From the IMG/VR virus record IMGVR_UViG_3300020419_000923, positions 2,703-66,702 of that record: a DNA stretch of 64,000 nt; one strand, 5' to 3'. Numbering within the stretch: position 1 is the first letter of the stretch; every line of letters begins with the position of its first letter. Of the stretch, positions 17,794 to 27,595 are shown piece after piece. The DNA comes from a virus. A model generated the notes under the pieces. The model searched no databases. It was not told the origin of the DNA and saw only the letters and a list, made by a program, of their open reading frames with translations. The translations under genes and the position numbers were made by a program.

Positions 17794-18485
17794 CCATTTT
17801 TATATTCAAAACCGTGTTTGTAGTTCCATTCATAGATATCTTCTTGTGTATTGATTTCGGTTCCATTAAATTCAACATGCGAACATCCAATATCCCAGCC
17901 GTTCTTTAACCAACGTAGTTGTTCTAGCTTTTCAACATCTTCTTCAATAGGGACCTCTAAGGTTGGATACAATTCTAAAGCCTCACGTCTATAACCATAA
18001 ACACCAAGATGCCAATCACCATATCCTGTCATTCCTCTGCCAAACCAAAGTGCTTTGTCTCCAGCACGTACCATCTTAACACTTTCTGGTCTATCTTGTT
18101 CTTCCTTACGCATTGTTGTATAAACAGTACTGACAGAGTAGTGCTTCAACCAATCTACGCATTGGTTTATCATATTAGCTGTTACATCTGGCATGTCACC
18201 TTGTACATTTACAAACGTATCGTATGCTTTAAAAAATCTACTTGAAATGGCACCAGCACATCTAGCCGTTCCATTTTCATATGGTTTTTCTTCAATCCAA
18301 CAATATTGTGCATCAAATAATGAAAATATTTCCATACTATCTGTTACTACAAATGTATCATAACCTGTTTCAACACATGCGTCATAAACATATTTTATCA
18401 TAGGCTTGCCGTCTAACTCGACAAGCATCTTATTAGCGTATCTTTTACTTTCCAGTCTTGCTGGAATTAGAATAGCTGTATTCAT
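17790..18485 (-). CDS. kdsB: CMP-Kdo synthetase
   Basis: IPARLESKRY.NKML, GTAR, VNVQGDMP, HLGVYGY, EKLEQLRWL. Confidence 0.92.
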   Translation of the reverse strand: MNTAILIPARLESKRYANKMLVELDGKPMIKYVYDACVETGYDTFVVTDSMEIFSLFDAQYCWIEEKPYENGTARCAGAISSRFFKAYDTFVNVQGDMPDVTANMINQCVDWLKHYSVSTVYTTMRKEEQDRPESVKMVRAGDKALWFGRGMTGYGDWHLGVYGYRREALELYPTLEVPIEEDVEKLEQLRWLKNGWDIGCSHVEFNGTEINTQEDIYEWNYKHGFEYKNG

Positions 18486-19242
18486 GTATTTCTCCTACTA
18501 CTTTATGGAAGTCTTGTAAATGAAGCATGTTGGGTCCATCGCTAGGTGCGTTATCAGGATCTCTATGAACTTCTAAAAAGAAATTTGTAATGCCCAAAGC
18601 ACTACCGGCCCGGCATAAGCCAGGAACGTAATCGCGATTGCCGCCGCTACTGTCTCCATTACCGCCTGGTTTCTGTACCGAGTGGGTGGCATCAAGTACG
18701 ATAGGATTATCGTAATTGTTAAGCATGTAGTCCATGCCAGTGAAGTCAACAACAAGGGTATTGTAACCAAAACTTGTTCCTCTCTCTGTAATCCAAACTT
18801 CTTTAGCACCTTCTGTTTTTGATAGAATACCTTTTACGTCCCAGGGTGCTAAGAATTGGCCTTTCTTGATGTTTACTATCTTACCTGTAGCACAAGCGGC
18901 TGTTATTAAGTCTGTTTGTCTACATAAGAACGCAGGAATCTGTAATACATCAACTGTCTCAGAATAACTAGAATTTATTAACTCGACCTGTTCTACCGTG
19001 TGTACATCTGTCAATATTTTAAGATGTCCACCGTGTTTGTTTTTAATTAGGTTAAAGTCTCGCATTGTTTTTTCGAAACCTATTCCTCTTACTCCATCTT
19101 TACTACTTCTATTCGCTTTATCAAAACTTGCTTTAAAAATATATTCAATATCTAATTCTTTACAAACGTTTCTACAATGAGAAGCTATTTCAAAAGATTC
19201 TAAAACACTTTCATGTTGGCATGGTCCTGCTATTATTCTCAT
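18445..19242 (-). CDS. kdsA: Kdo-8-phosphate synthase
   Basis: IAGPC, KASFDKANRSS, QIPAFLCRQTDL, KKGQFLAP, ERGTSFGY, DATHSVQ, SDGPN. Confidence 0.96.
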   Translation of the reverse strand: MRIIAGPCQHESVLESFEIASHCRNVCKELDIEYIFKASFDKANRSSKDGVRGIGFEKTMRDFNLIKNKHGGHLKILTDVHTVEQVELINSSYSETVDVLQIPAFLCRQTDLITAACATGKIVNIKKGQFLAPWDVKGILSKTEGAKEVWITERGTSFGYNTLVVDFTGMDYMLNNYDNPIVLDATHSVQKPGGNGDSSGGNRDYVPGLCRAGSALGITNFFLEVHRDPDNAPSDGPNMLHLQDFHKVVGEIHEYSYSNSSKTGK

Positions 19243-19448
19243 TTAATACTTCCAATCATTACTAAAATTGCGACATAAAAAAGTGCGAAAATAAAGACCG
19301 GTGTAGCATTTGAAACTTGCTTATTGCTCTTTGGTTCTGGCTTCACCCAATCTGCTGGCATGATATCTCTATCCCAGGCATCTCGCCTTGTATCTTGTTT
19401 GCGTTGATCTACATGTATTGATCTTGGATCTACTTTGTAATCTGTCAT
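19239..19448 (-). CDS. Small protein with C-terminal TM helix
   Basis: 69 aa; VFIFALFYVAILVMIG. Confidence 0.55.
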   Translation of the reverse strand: MTDYKVDPRSIHVDQRKQDTRRDAWDRDIMPADWVKPEPKSNKQVSNATPVFIFALFYVAILVMIGSIK

Positions 19449-19609
19449 TCTTCTTCCTTCTTACGCATAAATTTTATATCGCAGTAATTACACTTAACAT
19501 AACCTTCTTCAGGAACAGCATAATATACCTTTGGATGGTCCATGTCTTCGCCCATACACCATGTGTTGTCTCCGTCAACATATTTTATTGTCTCAGGATA
19601 TTCATTCAT
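19445..19609 (-). CDS. zf-CHCC zinc-finger microprotein (NDUFS6/NUMM-like), not in the ORF track
   Basis: MNEYPETIKYVDGDNTWCMGEDMDHPKVYYAVPEEGYVKCNYCDIKFMRKKEEE; C..HPKVY..CxYC; 4-bp overlaps with both neighbours. Confidence 0.75.
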   Translation of the reverse strand: MNEYPETIKYVDGDNTWCMGEDMDHPKVYYAVPEEGYVKCNYCDIKFMRKKEEE

Positions 19610-19866
19610 TTAGATTCCTTGAGTATGTAATAAGTTGTCCTTACCTTTTCAATTAGTTTTCTAAGAGTTACGTTTTTTTCGGATGTCATCATTATATCTT
19701 TCCACTCATCATAATCTATGATACCCATTGCTTCTGCTACTGCTTTTGGATCACCTCCTACTATCCAACGTTCGATCATGTTATGCGGAGGGTCACGATA
19801 CCGAGCATACGTTATACCATTAGCTCTTTCGTAAATAAGAGTCTGTCCTGGTATAAGTTTGGTCAT
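19606..19866 (-). CDS. Hypothetical protein
   Basis: 86 aa; LIPGQTLIYERANGITYAR; overlaps neighbours. Confidence 0.6.
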   Translation of the reverse strand: MTKLIPGQTLIYERANGITYARYRDPPHNMIERWIVGGDPKAVAEAMGIIDYDEWKDIMMTSEKNVTLRKLIEKVRTTYYILKESK

Positions 19867-20219
19867 CCATTCTTGACCTTTGTACCTACAGTACGTCTAA
19901 CAATATCGTTATGGTTAAATTCAGCCCAATACAATTCAAAAGCAACTCCATCTTCGAGTCCTTCAAACTGATGTATTTTTCCGGGCTTCACCTGTGTAAA
20001 GTCTCCTGCTTTTAGTATAGTTTCATCCATTAAACCATCTTGATCGTCTTGCCAAACTCTAACAATCATCTTTCCGGATTCAACAAAGAATCCATTCCAT
20101 TTAAATTTATGTTCGTGTTCTGAACACTTGAAACCTTTTTTAAATTCTATTCTATGAAACTCAAGCACACCATTAGCATGAATAAGTTCTGTCTGTCCCC
20201 AAATTTTTCCAGCTTTCAT
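19863..20219 (-). CDS. Cupin-domain protein
   Basis: KIWG, CSEHEH..KWNGFFVESG, PGKIHQF. Confidence 0.75.
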   Translation of the reverse strand: MKAGKIWGQTELIHANGVLEFHRIEFKKGFKCSEHEHKFKWNGFFVESGKMIVRVWQDDQDGLMDETILKAGDFTQVKPGKIHQFEGLEDGVAFELYWAEFNHNDIVRRTVGTKVKNG

Positions 20220-20725
20220 TAAAATAATTCTCCGTATTTTATAACTTCTGTTTGTCTAGTAATATCCTTGATAAAGAAAGCACACATCGGTTTATCTTTG
20301 TTTTCAACTGGTATACTTAAAAGTTGTGCGTTTCTTACTTTTGGAAAGTACCATTTAACATCATTGTAATAATTAATTACCTTTACAGGAGTAAAGTCAG
20401 GTTTGAAGCTGGTAAGCGGGTTAAAAATAAATGCTTCAAATCCTCTGTCTCCTATACTGGTCAATGGCAATATTTCTATATCGTTTCCGCTATCCGGACA
20501 TCCAACTGCTATATGCCAATCTATAGGCATTTGGACTTCGAAACCTCCTATGTCTAATACACAACTCGGTGAACTAAAAGATTCTAAAAATATTAATGGA
20601 ACATAAAAGAAATCTGGATTGTTTGAATCTGAATTATCTAATATGCTAAATCTAATATCTTCTTCTATTTGATCTGGTAGTGTATTAAGGTCTAGAGGTT
20701 TATTTTCTAATGTAAGTATTTTCAT
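20219..20725 (-). CDS. Hypothetical protein (possible degenerate Hint fold)
   Basis: 168 aa, beta-rich; directly downstream of uvsW. Confidence 0.6.
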   Translation of the reverse strand: MKILTLENKPLDLNTLPDQIEEDIRFSILDNSDSNNPDFFYVPLIFLESFSSPSCVLDIGGFEVQMPIDWHIAVGCPDSGNDIEILPLTSIGDRGFEAFIFNPLTSFKPDFTPVKVINYYNDVKWYFPKVRNAQLLSIPVENKDKPMCAFFIKDITRQTEVIKYGELF

Positions 20726-20726
20726 T

Positions 20727-22184
20727 CTAGTTCCATTCTACTTTTTCTATTGTAAATGGGTATTGGGCTTCCTTATAAAACTTTTTTCGTTGAGTAAGGT
20801 GCCGCTTCGCGAACTTACATGTTGAAGTAAGATCCCATATCTGTACGAAGTCTTTGTCTTTCGCCTTTCTTACGCCTCTGCCTATTGATTGTATTACCCT
20901 TACAAAAGACTTGCCAGGCTCAATAAGGACGAGATTAAAAATGCGAGGAATATTAATTCCCACCGCCGCAACTCCATAGGTTGCGATAACCACATGGTTA
21001 GTACCTTCATTGATTTCATCGTATGCTTCTTTCCTGTCTTTAAGTTTAACATCACCTTTTACAAACTGTGATCCTGGTATTGCTTGTTGTAATTTTTCTC
21101 CTGCTGATATTCTATCTACTAGTATTAATGTGTTGCCTGATGCTTTAATTTTGTTTAATAATTTGCCTAAGTAATCTACTCTTGGATCATTAGTCACAAG
21201 ATATTTTAATTCTTCTTGGTAGTTTGAATGTACAGGAGTATCAATTAGTTGAACTATGTTTACATGACACTGACTTAATACACCTTTATCCTGTAATTCT
21301 TTAGCACTTATTTGTCCTATCACAGGACCAATTCCAGCATGTATAGCCTCAAACTCAAACTTTTCTTTTGGTATTGTACCTGTAAGTCCCCAACGTATTG
21401 GAGCATTACGTAAGTTAAGTGTTAATAACTTTTTCAAAACTTCTGCTTTTGCTTGGTGTACTTCGTCAACGATTATTGTTGAAACACCTTCTAAGAATTC
21501 AGCAAGACTCAATACAGCATCTCCGTACTTGCTTTTTTTGTCTAATATATTTAAACTTTGCCAAGTACAAATTGTATGAGTCTTACCTAGTTCTTTCCTA
21601 TCACCAAAATACACACCTACATCAAGCCCACAGTTTACATAATCTTCCTCTGTTTGTGTGACCAAACTCTTATTGGGAACAATTACCAGGCTACGCCCGT
21701 ATGTTTCTGTAAGCCTGCTCAATGTCGCAGTTATGATAGTTTTTCCTGCTCCGGTAGCAACTTCCTGTAATGATTGTGGATTTTCTAAGAAGTTATTGAT
21801 TACCTCGACTTGATAATCACGCAACCGAATTGTTTCGCCTTCAGCAGGATGTCCTTTGGGCCACGTTTTATCTCCCCAAAAGTCTTCTGTAATTGTTTGA
21901 AAATTTAAATCGACCTTTTGTCTTTGGTCGTCAATCTCGTCTATTTGTATTCCGCACTTATGAAGTACAGTATTTATTGTGTCCAAATGATTAACATATC
22001 CTGAACCGCCAAGACCAAAGAATCCTACTTTGCCGTCCCACCGTCCTAGTTTATACTGTGGCATATAACGAGCATATGGCACTTCAAACTTAAGACTGTT
22101 GCTGATCTTTCTACGTACATCAACCGGTAGTCCTTCTATCTTAATATTTACTTCGTCTTGTATAACTAACCTACAACTAGGCAT
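20727..22184 (-). CDS. uvsW: SF2 DNA helicase, UvsW-like
   Basis: LRDYQ, ATGAGKT, DEVH, GLTGT, QSIGRGVR. Confidence 0.92.
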   Translation of the reverse strand: MPSCRLVIQDEVNIKIEGLPVDVRRKISNSLKFEVPYARYMPQYKLGRWDGKVGFFGLGGSGYVNHLDTINTVLHKCGIQIDEIDDQRQKVDLNFQTITEDFWGDKTWPKGHPAEGETIRLRDYQVEVINNFLENPQSLQEVATGAGKTIITATLSRLTETYGRSLVIVPNKSLVTQTEEDYVNCGLDVGVYFGDRKELGKTHTICTWQSLNILDKKSKYGDAVLSLAEFLEGVSTIIVDEVHQAKAEVLKKLLTLNLRNAPIRWGLTGTIPKEKFEFEAIHAGIGPVIGQISAKELQDKGVLSQCHVNIVQLIDTPVHSNYQEELKYLVTNDPRVDYLGKLLNKIKASGNTLILVDRISAGEKLQQAIPGSQFVKGDVKLKDRKEAYDEINEGTNHVVIATYGVAAVGINIPRIFNLVLIEPGKSFVRVIQSIGRGVRKAKDKDFVQIWDLTSTCKFAKRHLTQRKKFYKEAQYPFTIEKVEWN

Positions 22185-23421
22185 TTATTACTTTCCTTAA
22201 TCTCTTGTTCCAGTAAACTGACGAGCTGTCATCTTCATAAACTATTTGAAGATCAAACTGTTGAATATAGTTTGTTACATTGTTAAAGTTAAGACTCTTA
22301 CCTCCAAAACTTATAATAGCTCTAGGAGAAAATCCTTTCTGTAACAAAGGCTTAGGCAGTTTACTATTATTAATATACACTATTTGGCTGTATTTGTCAA
22401 CCGGATTATTTAAACCTTTTTCGCTTACCATTAAATTGAAAGGATCTCTTTCGTCTGTATTTGGTTTTCTAAAACATACACTTATCTTGTCATTACTAAT
22501 AATATTCCTAAAATGGTTATAACAAACTGTAAGTTCATCTAGTGCGTTCTTTTCATTTAAAACTATCAATAACGGAAATCTTTTTAGTTCTACAAGCGAT
22601 TGTATCAATTGATCAATCGTGTGTGTCTTTGATTGTAACACTATTGTTGGGTCTTTACGTTGTATTATCTTATTTGTCAATACAGATAACTTGGCATAGC
22701 TTTGTGATATTTTTGCCATATCAAAATATTTTAATCCAAAAAGTTCTCTACGATCATAATATAAAGGAAGGGTATCTTCATTACATTCGCCTATTTCAGA
22801 AAGTAAAATATCTTTTACTGTATCCGGAATATTTTTAATCTTATAATCATAGATGCCTGGAACGTATTTTTCTTTTGAAGATTCAAATAATATACATCTT
22901 TCATATATATCTTTTATGTTTTTATCTACTTCAAACTTATATTCAAACTTGTGTGCTATCTCAACCAACTTAACCAAGGTTTGGGGAGAATAAGAAAATT
23001 TGTGAATGTTATCTCCGTAACTATGACTTATAGGATCAACTCGTCTTACTTCTTCTATCCTGTCTATAATCTTTCTATTAAACGGAAATCTAATCACTAA
23101 TTTTTCTTCTTCGTCAAACTTTAAAAAATGTGATCTGTCTATTTCTCTTAAAGGATACATTAACTTGTCTTTGTAATGATCAATATTAATACCTTTGTTT
23201 AAAAATTGATCTCTATAATTTTCAAGTTTTGTTATCACAAGGTTATACTGTCTATCAGTCAATGGTATTCCTTTTGACAGTTGCTTGGCAATACTTTTTA
23301 GTATCTTAGCATCACTATCTAAAAGTTTATATCCGTGATCTATTATCTTTAGGTTAATCGGTCTAGGAATAGTTATTCCTGTAAGAAGCGATATTAAACC
23401 TTCACAATTTTCCTGTATCAT
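22177..23421 (-). CDS. Hypothetical protein
   Basis: 414-aa ORF with its own promoter; LTDRQY and IRFPFN blocks. Confidence 0.65.
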   Translation of the reverse strand: MIQENCEGLISLLTGITIPRPINLKIIDHGYKLLDSDAKILKSIAKQLSKGIPLTDRQYNLVITKLENYRDQFLNKGINIDHYKDKLMYPLREIDRSHFLKFDEEEKLVIRFPFNRKIIDRIEEVRRVDPISHSYGDNIHKFSYSPQTLVKLVEIAHKFEYKFEVDKNIKDIYERCILFESSKEKYVPGIYDYKIKNIPDTVKDILLSEIGECNEDTLPLYYDRRELFGLKYFDMAKISQSYAKLSVLTNKIIQRKDPTIVLQSKTHTIDQLIQSLVELKRFPLLIVLNEKNALDELTVCYNHFRNIISNDKISVCFRKPNTDERDPFNLMVSEKGLNNPVDKYSQIVYINNSKLPKPLLQKGFSPRAIISFGGKSLNFNNVTNYIQQFDLQIVYEDDSSSVYWNKRLRKVINA

Positions 23422-23427
23422 AAATGT

Positions 23428-23456
23428 ATTATAGTTGATTATAGACTAGATGTCAA
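23428..23456 (-). promoter_or_regulatory. Consensus sigma70 promoter, leaderless
   Basis: TTGACA (23456-23451), 17 nt, TATAAT (23433-23428), 6 nt, ATG 23421. Confidence 0.85.
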
Positions 23457-24290
23457 GCGTTTTAAAGGAAGTCCTTGCTCAATTTCTTCTAAGGTCCATT
23501 CGGTATAGGCAAGATCATTTAGCCATTGTGTTCTGTCTGGCATCAAAGGAGCATTAATTCCTGCTAGATTTGTATTGCCAACATCAAAGGCTAAACTGTC
23601 AGGACCAACAAACACAGGTATTCCTTGTATCACTGCTTGTGTTGCTGGGTTACTAGACCAGTTAACAACCGCGTATGCCTTGATTGGATCAAAGTCGAAG
23701 TCATCGTATGTGTTAGGTATTTGTGTAGGTGACTGTAGTTCTACATTTTTAAATTCATGTTGAATGCCCGGAATAGGACTTCTAGGGTGAGGTCTAACAA
23801 TTATTTTTCTATTTGTATGTTGTCTAATAAGTTTTATCGAATCGTACACCCAAGTTTGTACGGTTTTTTGATTGCGCCACTGATGACTATGAGCATGTTG
23901 ACAAGCAATGATAATATCACCATATTCGTTATTTAATTGCCAGTGTTTTAATTTTAAACCTAATTTATTAACTCTTGAATCGTCATTGTTCATTGGACCA
24001 AAGTTGGCTTCTCTATTAATGCCATTCAATCCTACTTTCCAAGTAGTACCTCTTTGAATTCCACCAACTTCTAGAACTATTACAGGTCTTCCTTGTGCTT
24101 TTGCTCTTTCCCATACAGCTTTGTTCTCAGCCATTCTACCATACCATAAAACGCTCCAAATAACATCGATATCACAATCCATATCGTTGTAGCCCACAGT
24201 ATGACCATGAGAAAGAACACTAGTAGCAAAGGCAGTAAAAATAGGTTTAGAATTAAGTGCACCGTTATTTGTCCATAAGCTAAATTTCAT
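23439..24290 (-). CDS. GT-B-like protein, capsule synthesis (KpsC/KpsS)-like, paralog A
   Basis: IIACQ, IIVRPHPRS, VVNWSSNPATQAVIQGIPVF, LAYTEWTLEEI..G. Confidence 0.6.
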   Translation of the reverse strand: MKFSLWTNNGALNSKPIFTAFATSVLSHGHTVGYNDMDCDIDVIWSVLWYGRMAENKAVWERAKAQGRPVIVLEVGGIQRGTTWKVGLNGINREANFGPMNNDDSRVNKLGLKLKHWQLNNEYGDIIIACQHAHSHQWRNQKTVQTWVYDSIKLIRQHTNRKIIVRPHPRSPIPGIQHEFKNVELQSPTQIPNTYDDFDFDPIKAYAVVNWSSNPATQAVIQGIPVFVGPDSLAFDVGNTNLAGINAPLMPDRTQWLNDLAYTEWTLEEIEQGLPLKRLTSSL

Positions 24291-25152
24291 TCCAGTATGC
24301 TTCTGTCCTATCTATCATTAGATCTTTTTTTAAACTTTTCTTTGTATTTTTTCTATTGCCCTTCATGTGGTCAATCCATTTACCTAATTCACTATTGATA
24401 AGTGGATGTCCACCACCGCCTGTTTTAGCAGTTGTAATATACATTTCAGCACTATAATCTAAAACTTGTGGATAGTAATCACGCATTGCGTTAAGTATGT
24501 TTCCAAATACAAAACTATCATGCCATTCTTCTAATTTAAAAATACCATTCTCGGCATCTTCATATACACGTTCAAATTCATTAATAAAATCTTGACAAAT
24601 GATATCTTTCATGTTTAATCCGTAAAATCCACACTCAGGCCATGTCTGTGATCCTTTACCTCTACCTACATAGGTTATCCATTTATTATTAGGTAACAGC
24701 TTCATAAAATCTTCATATGTCCAGTTGCTATGTACAAATGTATCAGCATCCATCCATACTACCCATTTGTCTTTGTGTTTAGCACAAGCATCATATACAG
24801 CATAAGTTTTGTTAGCAAATCTAATAGCGTCCCATTTAAATTTTTTATGCCAGTCTCTTGGTCTTCTTGCTTTTATCTCGTCAGGTGGGATTCCATTTGC
24901 TCTAGGATCATCTTTCCATTTTGATTTAAAAGCGTTTAGTTTAGGTAGCTCTTGTTTCGCATCATATATAATAATTTGCTCTGGAGCTGGATTAATAGGA
25001 GCACAATCTTCAGCATATACAAGTAGCTTTATTTTGTTGTCTACTTTATCAGCGAAAGAATTCAAAAATCTCTGCCCATATAAATCTAAACCTTCCTTAT
25101 GAAAGGTTGTTAATACTACTGCTTCGCCCATTGTCTCATATGCCTCCAACAT
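24280..25152 (-). CDS. GT-A glycosyltransferase-like protein
   Basis: DAIRFANK, WMDAD (DxD), ECGF, EWHDSFVF, DHMKG. Confidence 0.65.
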   Translation of the reverse strand: MLEAYETMGEAVVLTTFHKEGLDLYGQRFLNSFADKVDNKIKLLVYAEDCAPINPAPEQIIIYDAKQELPKLNAFKSKWKDDPRANGIPPDEIKARRPRDWHKKFKWDAIRFANKTYAVYDACAKHKDKWVVWMDADTFVHSNWTYEDFMKLLPNNKWITYVGRGKGSQTWPECGFYGLNMKDIICQDFINEFERVYEDAENGIFKLEEWHDSFVFGNILNAMRDYYPQVLDYSAEMYITTAKTGGGGHPLINSELGKWIDHMKGNRKNTKKSLKKDLMIDRTEAYWNEI

Positions 25153-26057
25153 TCACCTGATCTAACTTCATCTAATCTCCAATGGCTCATAGCTACTCTT
25201 CTAAGCCACGTTTCTCTATCAAATTCATAATTAGGTTTTTCTATCTCTGACAGATTTGTATTTGCTACTTCTTTGGCTTGACTTCTACTAGGATCTAATA
25301 AGAATATAGGAACCCCTTCTATTGCTGATACTACACCCGGACTGCTATTATGACTTATTACACAGTAAGCATCATGAAGCTCTTTTAGTAAACTTATTGT
25401 AGGCGAACTAAATCTTACTTTATGTCCTATAGCTTGTAACTGCATCATATGTTTGGCTAGTTTTTTATCTCCAGGATGAAACCTAACCATAATTGGTCGA
25501 TCTGTTAAATTTTTAAGTTTCATTAATAGCAAGTGTAACCATTCTATGACCGATTGTCCATTCATGCTCCAACCACCGTCTCTCTGGCATGTGATTAATA
25601 TATAGTCTCCGTGCTTCTTCCAAGGCTTTATAGATAAACCAAGTATGTCTCTCATCCTTGCCCACCTTTGTGGATCAACTTTAGAATCACAGTACTCTCC
25701 TGTGTTAGGAAAAATACCATCGTAACTATATCTTAAATATGTTTGCTTATTCCCAGGATCATATTGTAAAAATAAATTAGCATCAGCAATTATAGTTCTA
25801 CCGCCAATTGCTTTTTGTTTATCTAACACATCACGTCTTAAATTTAAATGAGGCACATGTTTGCTACCAGGATGTACATACCCTTGTAGTATAGCTACAT
25901 CAGCAGGTTCATGTTGATAAGAATTAATTAACATTGACTTATCACCCGACTTGTTAACGCCTTCAACAAAATATTCTAGTAGTTTAGGCTTTTCTGGATT
26001 TTTATTTCCTGGAGGAATTGCTTTCAAGTAAGCACAAACTCTTAACTTATCTGTCAT
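25116..26057 (-). CDS. KpsC/KpsS-like protein, paralog B
   Basis: ITCQ, IMVRFHPGD, VISHNSSPGVVSAIEGVPIF, AMSHWRLDEVRSG. Confidence 0.6.
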   Translation of the reverse strand: MTDKLRVCAYLKAIPPGNKNPEKPKLLEYFVEGVNKSGDKSMLINSYQHEPADVAILQGYVHPGSKHVPHLNLRRDVLDKQKAIGGRTIIADANLFLQYDPGNKQTYLRYSYDGIFPNTGEYCDSKVDPQRWARMRDILGLSIKPWKKHGDYILITCQRDGGWSMNGQSVIEWLHLLLMKLKNLTDRPIMVRFHPGDKKLAKHMMQLQAIGHKVRFSSPTISLLKELHDAYCVISHNSSPGVVSAIEGVPIFLLDPSRSQAKEVANTNLSEIEKPNYEFDRETWLRRVAMSHWRLDEVRSGECWRHMRQWAKQ

Positions 26058-26928
26058 ATAATTTAAACTCCTCTATCATTCTAAGAGCTTGGCCTGATGA
26101 AAACTCTACTAAATTAAATTGGCAATAAGAAAGATATGCTAGTAAGTTTAAAAATTTATCTGGATCTGGATACATAGGATTTTCTATTTTAGATAAGTCT
26201 TTGTTAGCTACGCTTTCTACACAGCAAGGAGCCATTGTAAAAGCAGGAATTCCATAATGTATTGCTTCTAATGCCGCCATACTTTGATAAGTTACAACAC
26301 TATGTATTTTTTCTCTTTGGCATTGAGAAGCAACACTACCAGTCTTAATTCTATCTGGACGTAACCCCTTATCTCGAATTACTATAGGTCTATCAGTATA
26401 TTTTTTTAATTCTGTAATAGTATTAGTTACCCAATCATCTCTTTTTATATTGTAAAAGGCACATGGCTTTTCTGAAGGCGTCACTAATAGTATAGCGCCG
26501 TCCTGTTGGCTTTTTTGTTTTTGTCCTGTGTAGTACATATAGGGAGCTAGTCTACATAACTCTGTAAATCTATCTATTGGCCATTTAGTTTCTGTACCCA
26601 TAAACAATGGAACTTTTGTATGTTGTATATTATTTTTTACAACCCTGTACCAACGTTTTTTCTTATCTAGGTTACCCATGTATCCATTATCTATATAATA
26701 GAAAGGCCTACCAGTGTCCCAACACTTCCATATTTCTTTACGTTTAGTCATGCTTCTAAAAGATACAGGAATTTCAATAGGCCATGGACTTTCGTCAATT
26801 TTACTAGAAATTTGTTTTCTATCTATGACTAAAGCATTTGTCCCATTGCGCCAATGTTTAAGGATCTCGTCTGATCCGTCGATCATTAACATAGTTGGAG
26901 GTACAGCATCATTCATCTTTTGCTCCAT
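26047..26928 (-). CDS. KpsC/KpsS-like protein, paralog C
   Basis: YYIDNGY, TDRPIVIRDK, VVTYQSMAALEAIHYGIP, LSYCQFNLVEFSSG. Confidence 0.55.
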   Translation of the reverse strand: MEQKMNDAVPPTMLMIDGSDEILKHWRNGTNALVIDRKQISSKIDESPWPIEIPVSFRSMTKRKEIWKCWDTGRPFYYIDNGYMGNLDKKKRWYRVVKNNIQHTKVPLFMGTETKWPIDRFTELCRLAPYMYYTGQKQKSQQDGAILLVTPSEKPCAFYNIKRDDWVTNTITELKKYTDRPIVIRDKGLRPDRIKTGSVASQCQREKIHSVVTYQSMAALEAIHYGIPAFTMAPCCVESVANKDLSKIENPMYPDPDKFLNLLAYLSYCQFNLVEFSSGQALRMIEEFKLYDR

Positions 26929-27595
26929 GCATCATATTGTGTAATTCATTTTTCCATAACTGATGATACTCACAGTATCTATAATTTTCAAACCAAGGAC
27001 CACCTTCTGTATAATGTATCAATTTTGGTTTTTCTATATCGCTGTATACTCCCATCAAATAATTCCATGTATGATTAAGGCTACCAATTTCTTCATCTTT
27101 TAACCAACTAAATCTATGTAGGTATGCTCCTGTAATTTCAGGATTGTTAACAAAATCTTTTGTTACTGTCTTATTACTCGGGTGTCCACAATTCCATAGT
27201 ACCATGCTTGACCAATTCTTTCTTGGATAGATTGTTTGTTTTTGCCCGTCCATCTTTGTACTCTCAGTTACTTTGTAATCATGCTGTACGCACATTACTG
27301 CGTATTGATCATCTGCTTGATCAAACAGTTCTTTTATGTCTGTGGTAAGAATCATGTCACTGTCCATGAACACAGCCCAGCCCTCATAATTAGTAAGTTC
27401 CGGTATTAAAAATCTTGTAAAAGTAAATTCCGTTGATGCTAGTTTATCAATTGGTCGTGTATACCATCCTGTATCTCTTAGCTCTTGTTGTCTAAGTGGA
27501 CGCACATCAATGTCCTTGTTTCTAGCAATAATGCTGTGCTTACATACTTGGTATGCTATATCTTCTCTTGTATCGTAACCTACAAATACTTTCAT
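26909..27595 (-). CDS. GT-A (GT8-like) glycosyltransferase
   Basis: MKVFVGYD, STEFTFTRF, FMDSD, YPRKNWSS, HYTEGGPWF; start taken at 27595. Confidence 0.75.
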   Translation of the reverse strand: MKVFVGYDTREDIAYQVCKHSIIARNKDIDVRPLRQQELRDTGWYTRPIDKLASTEFTFTRFLIPELTNYEGWAVFMDSDMILTTDIKELFDQADDQYAVMCVQHDYKVTESTKMDGQKQTIYPRKNWSSMVLWNCGHPSNKTVTKDFVNNPEITGAYLHRFSWLKDEEIGSLNHTWNYLMGVYSDIEKPKLIHYTEGGPWFENYRYCEYHQLWKNELHNMMHGAKDE

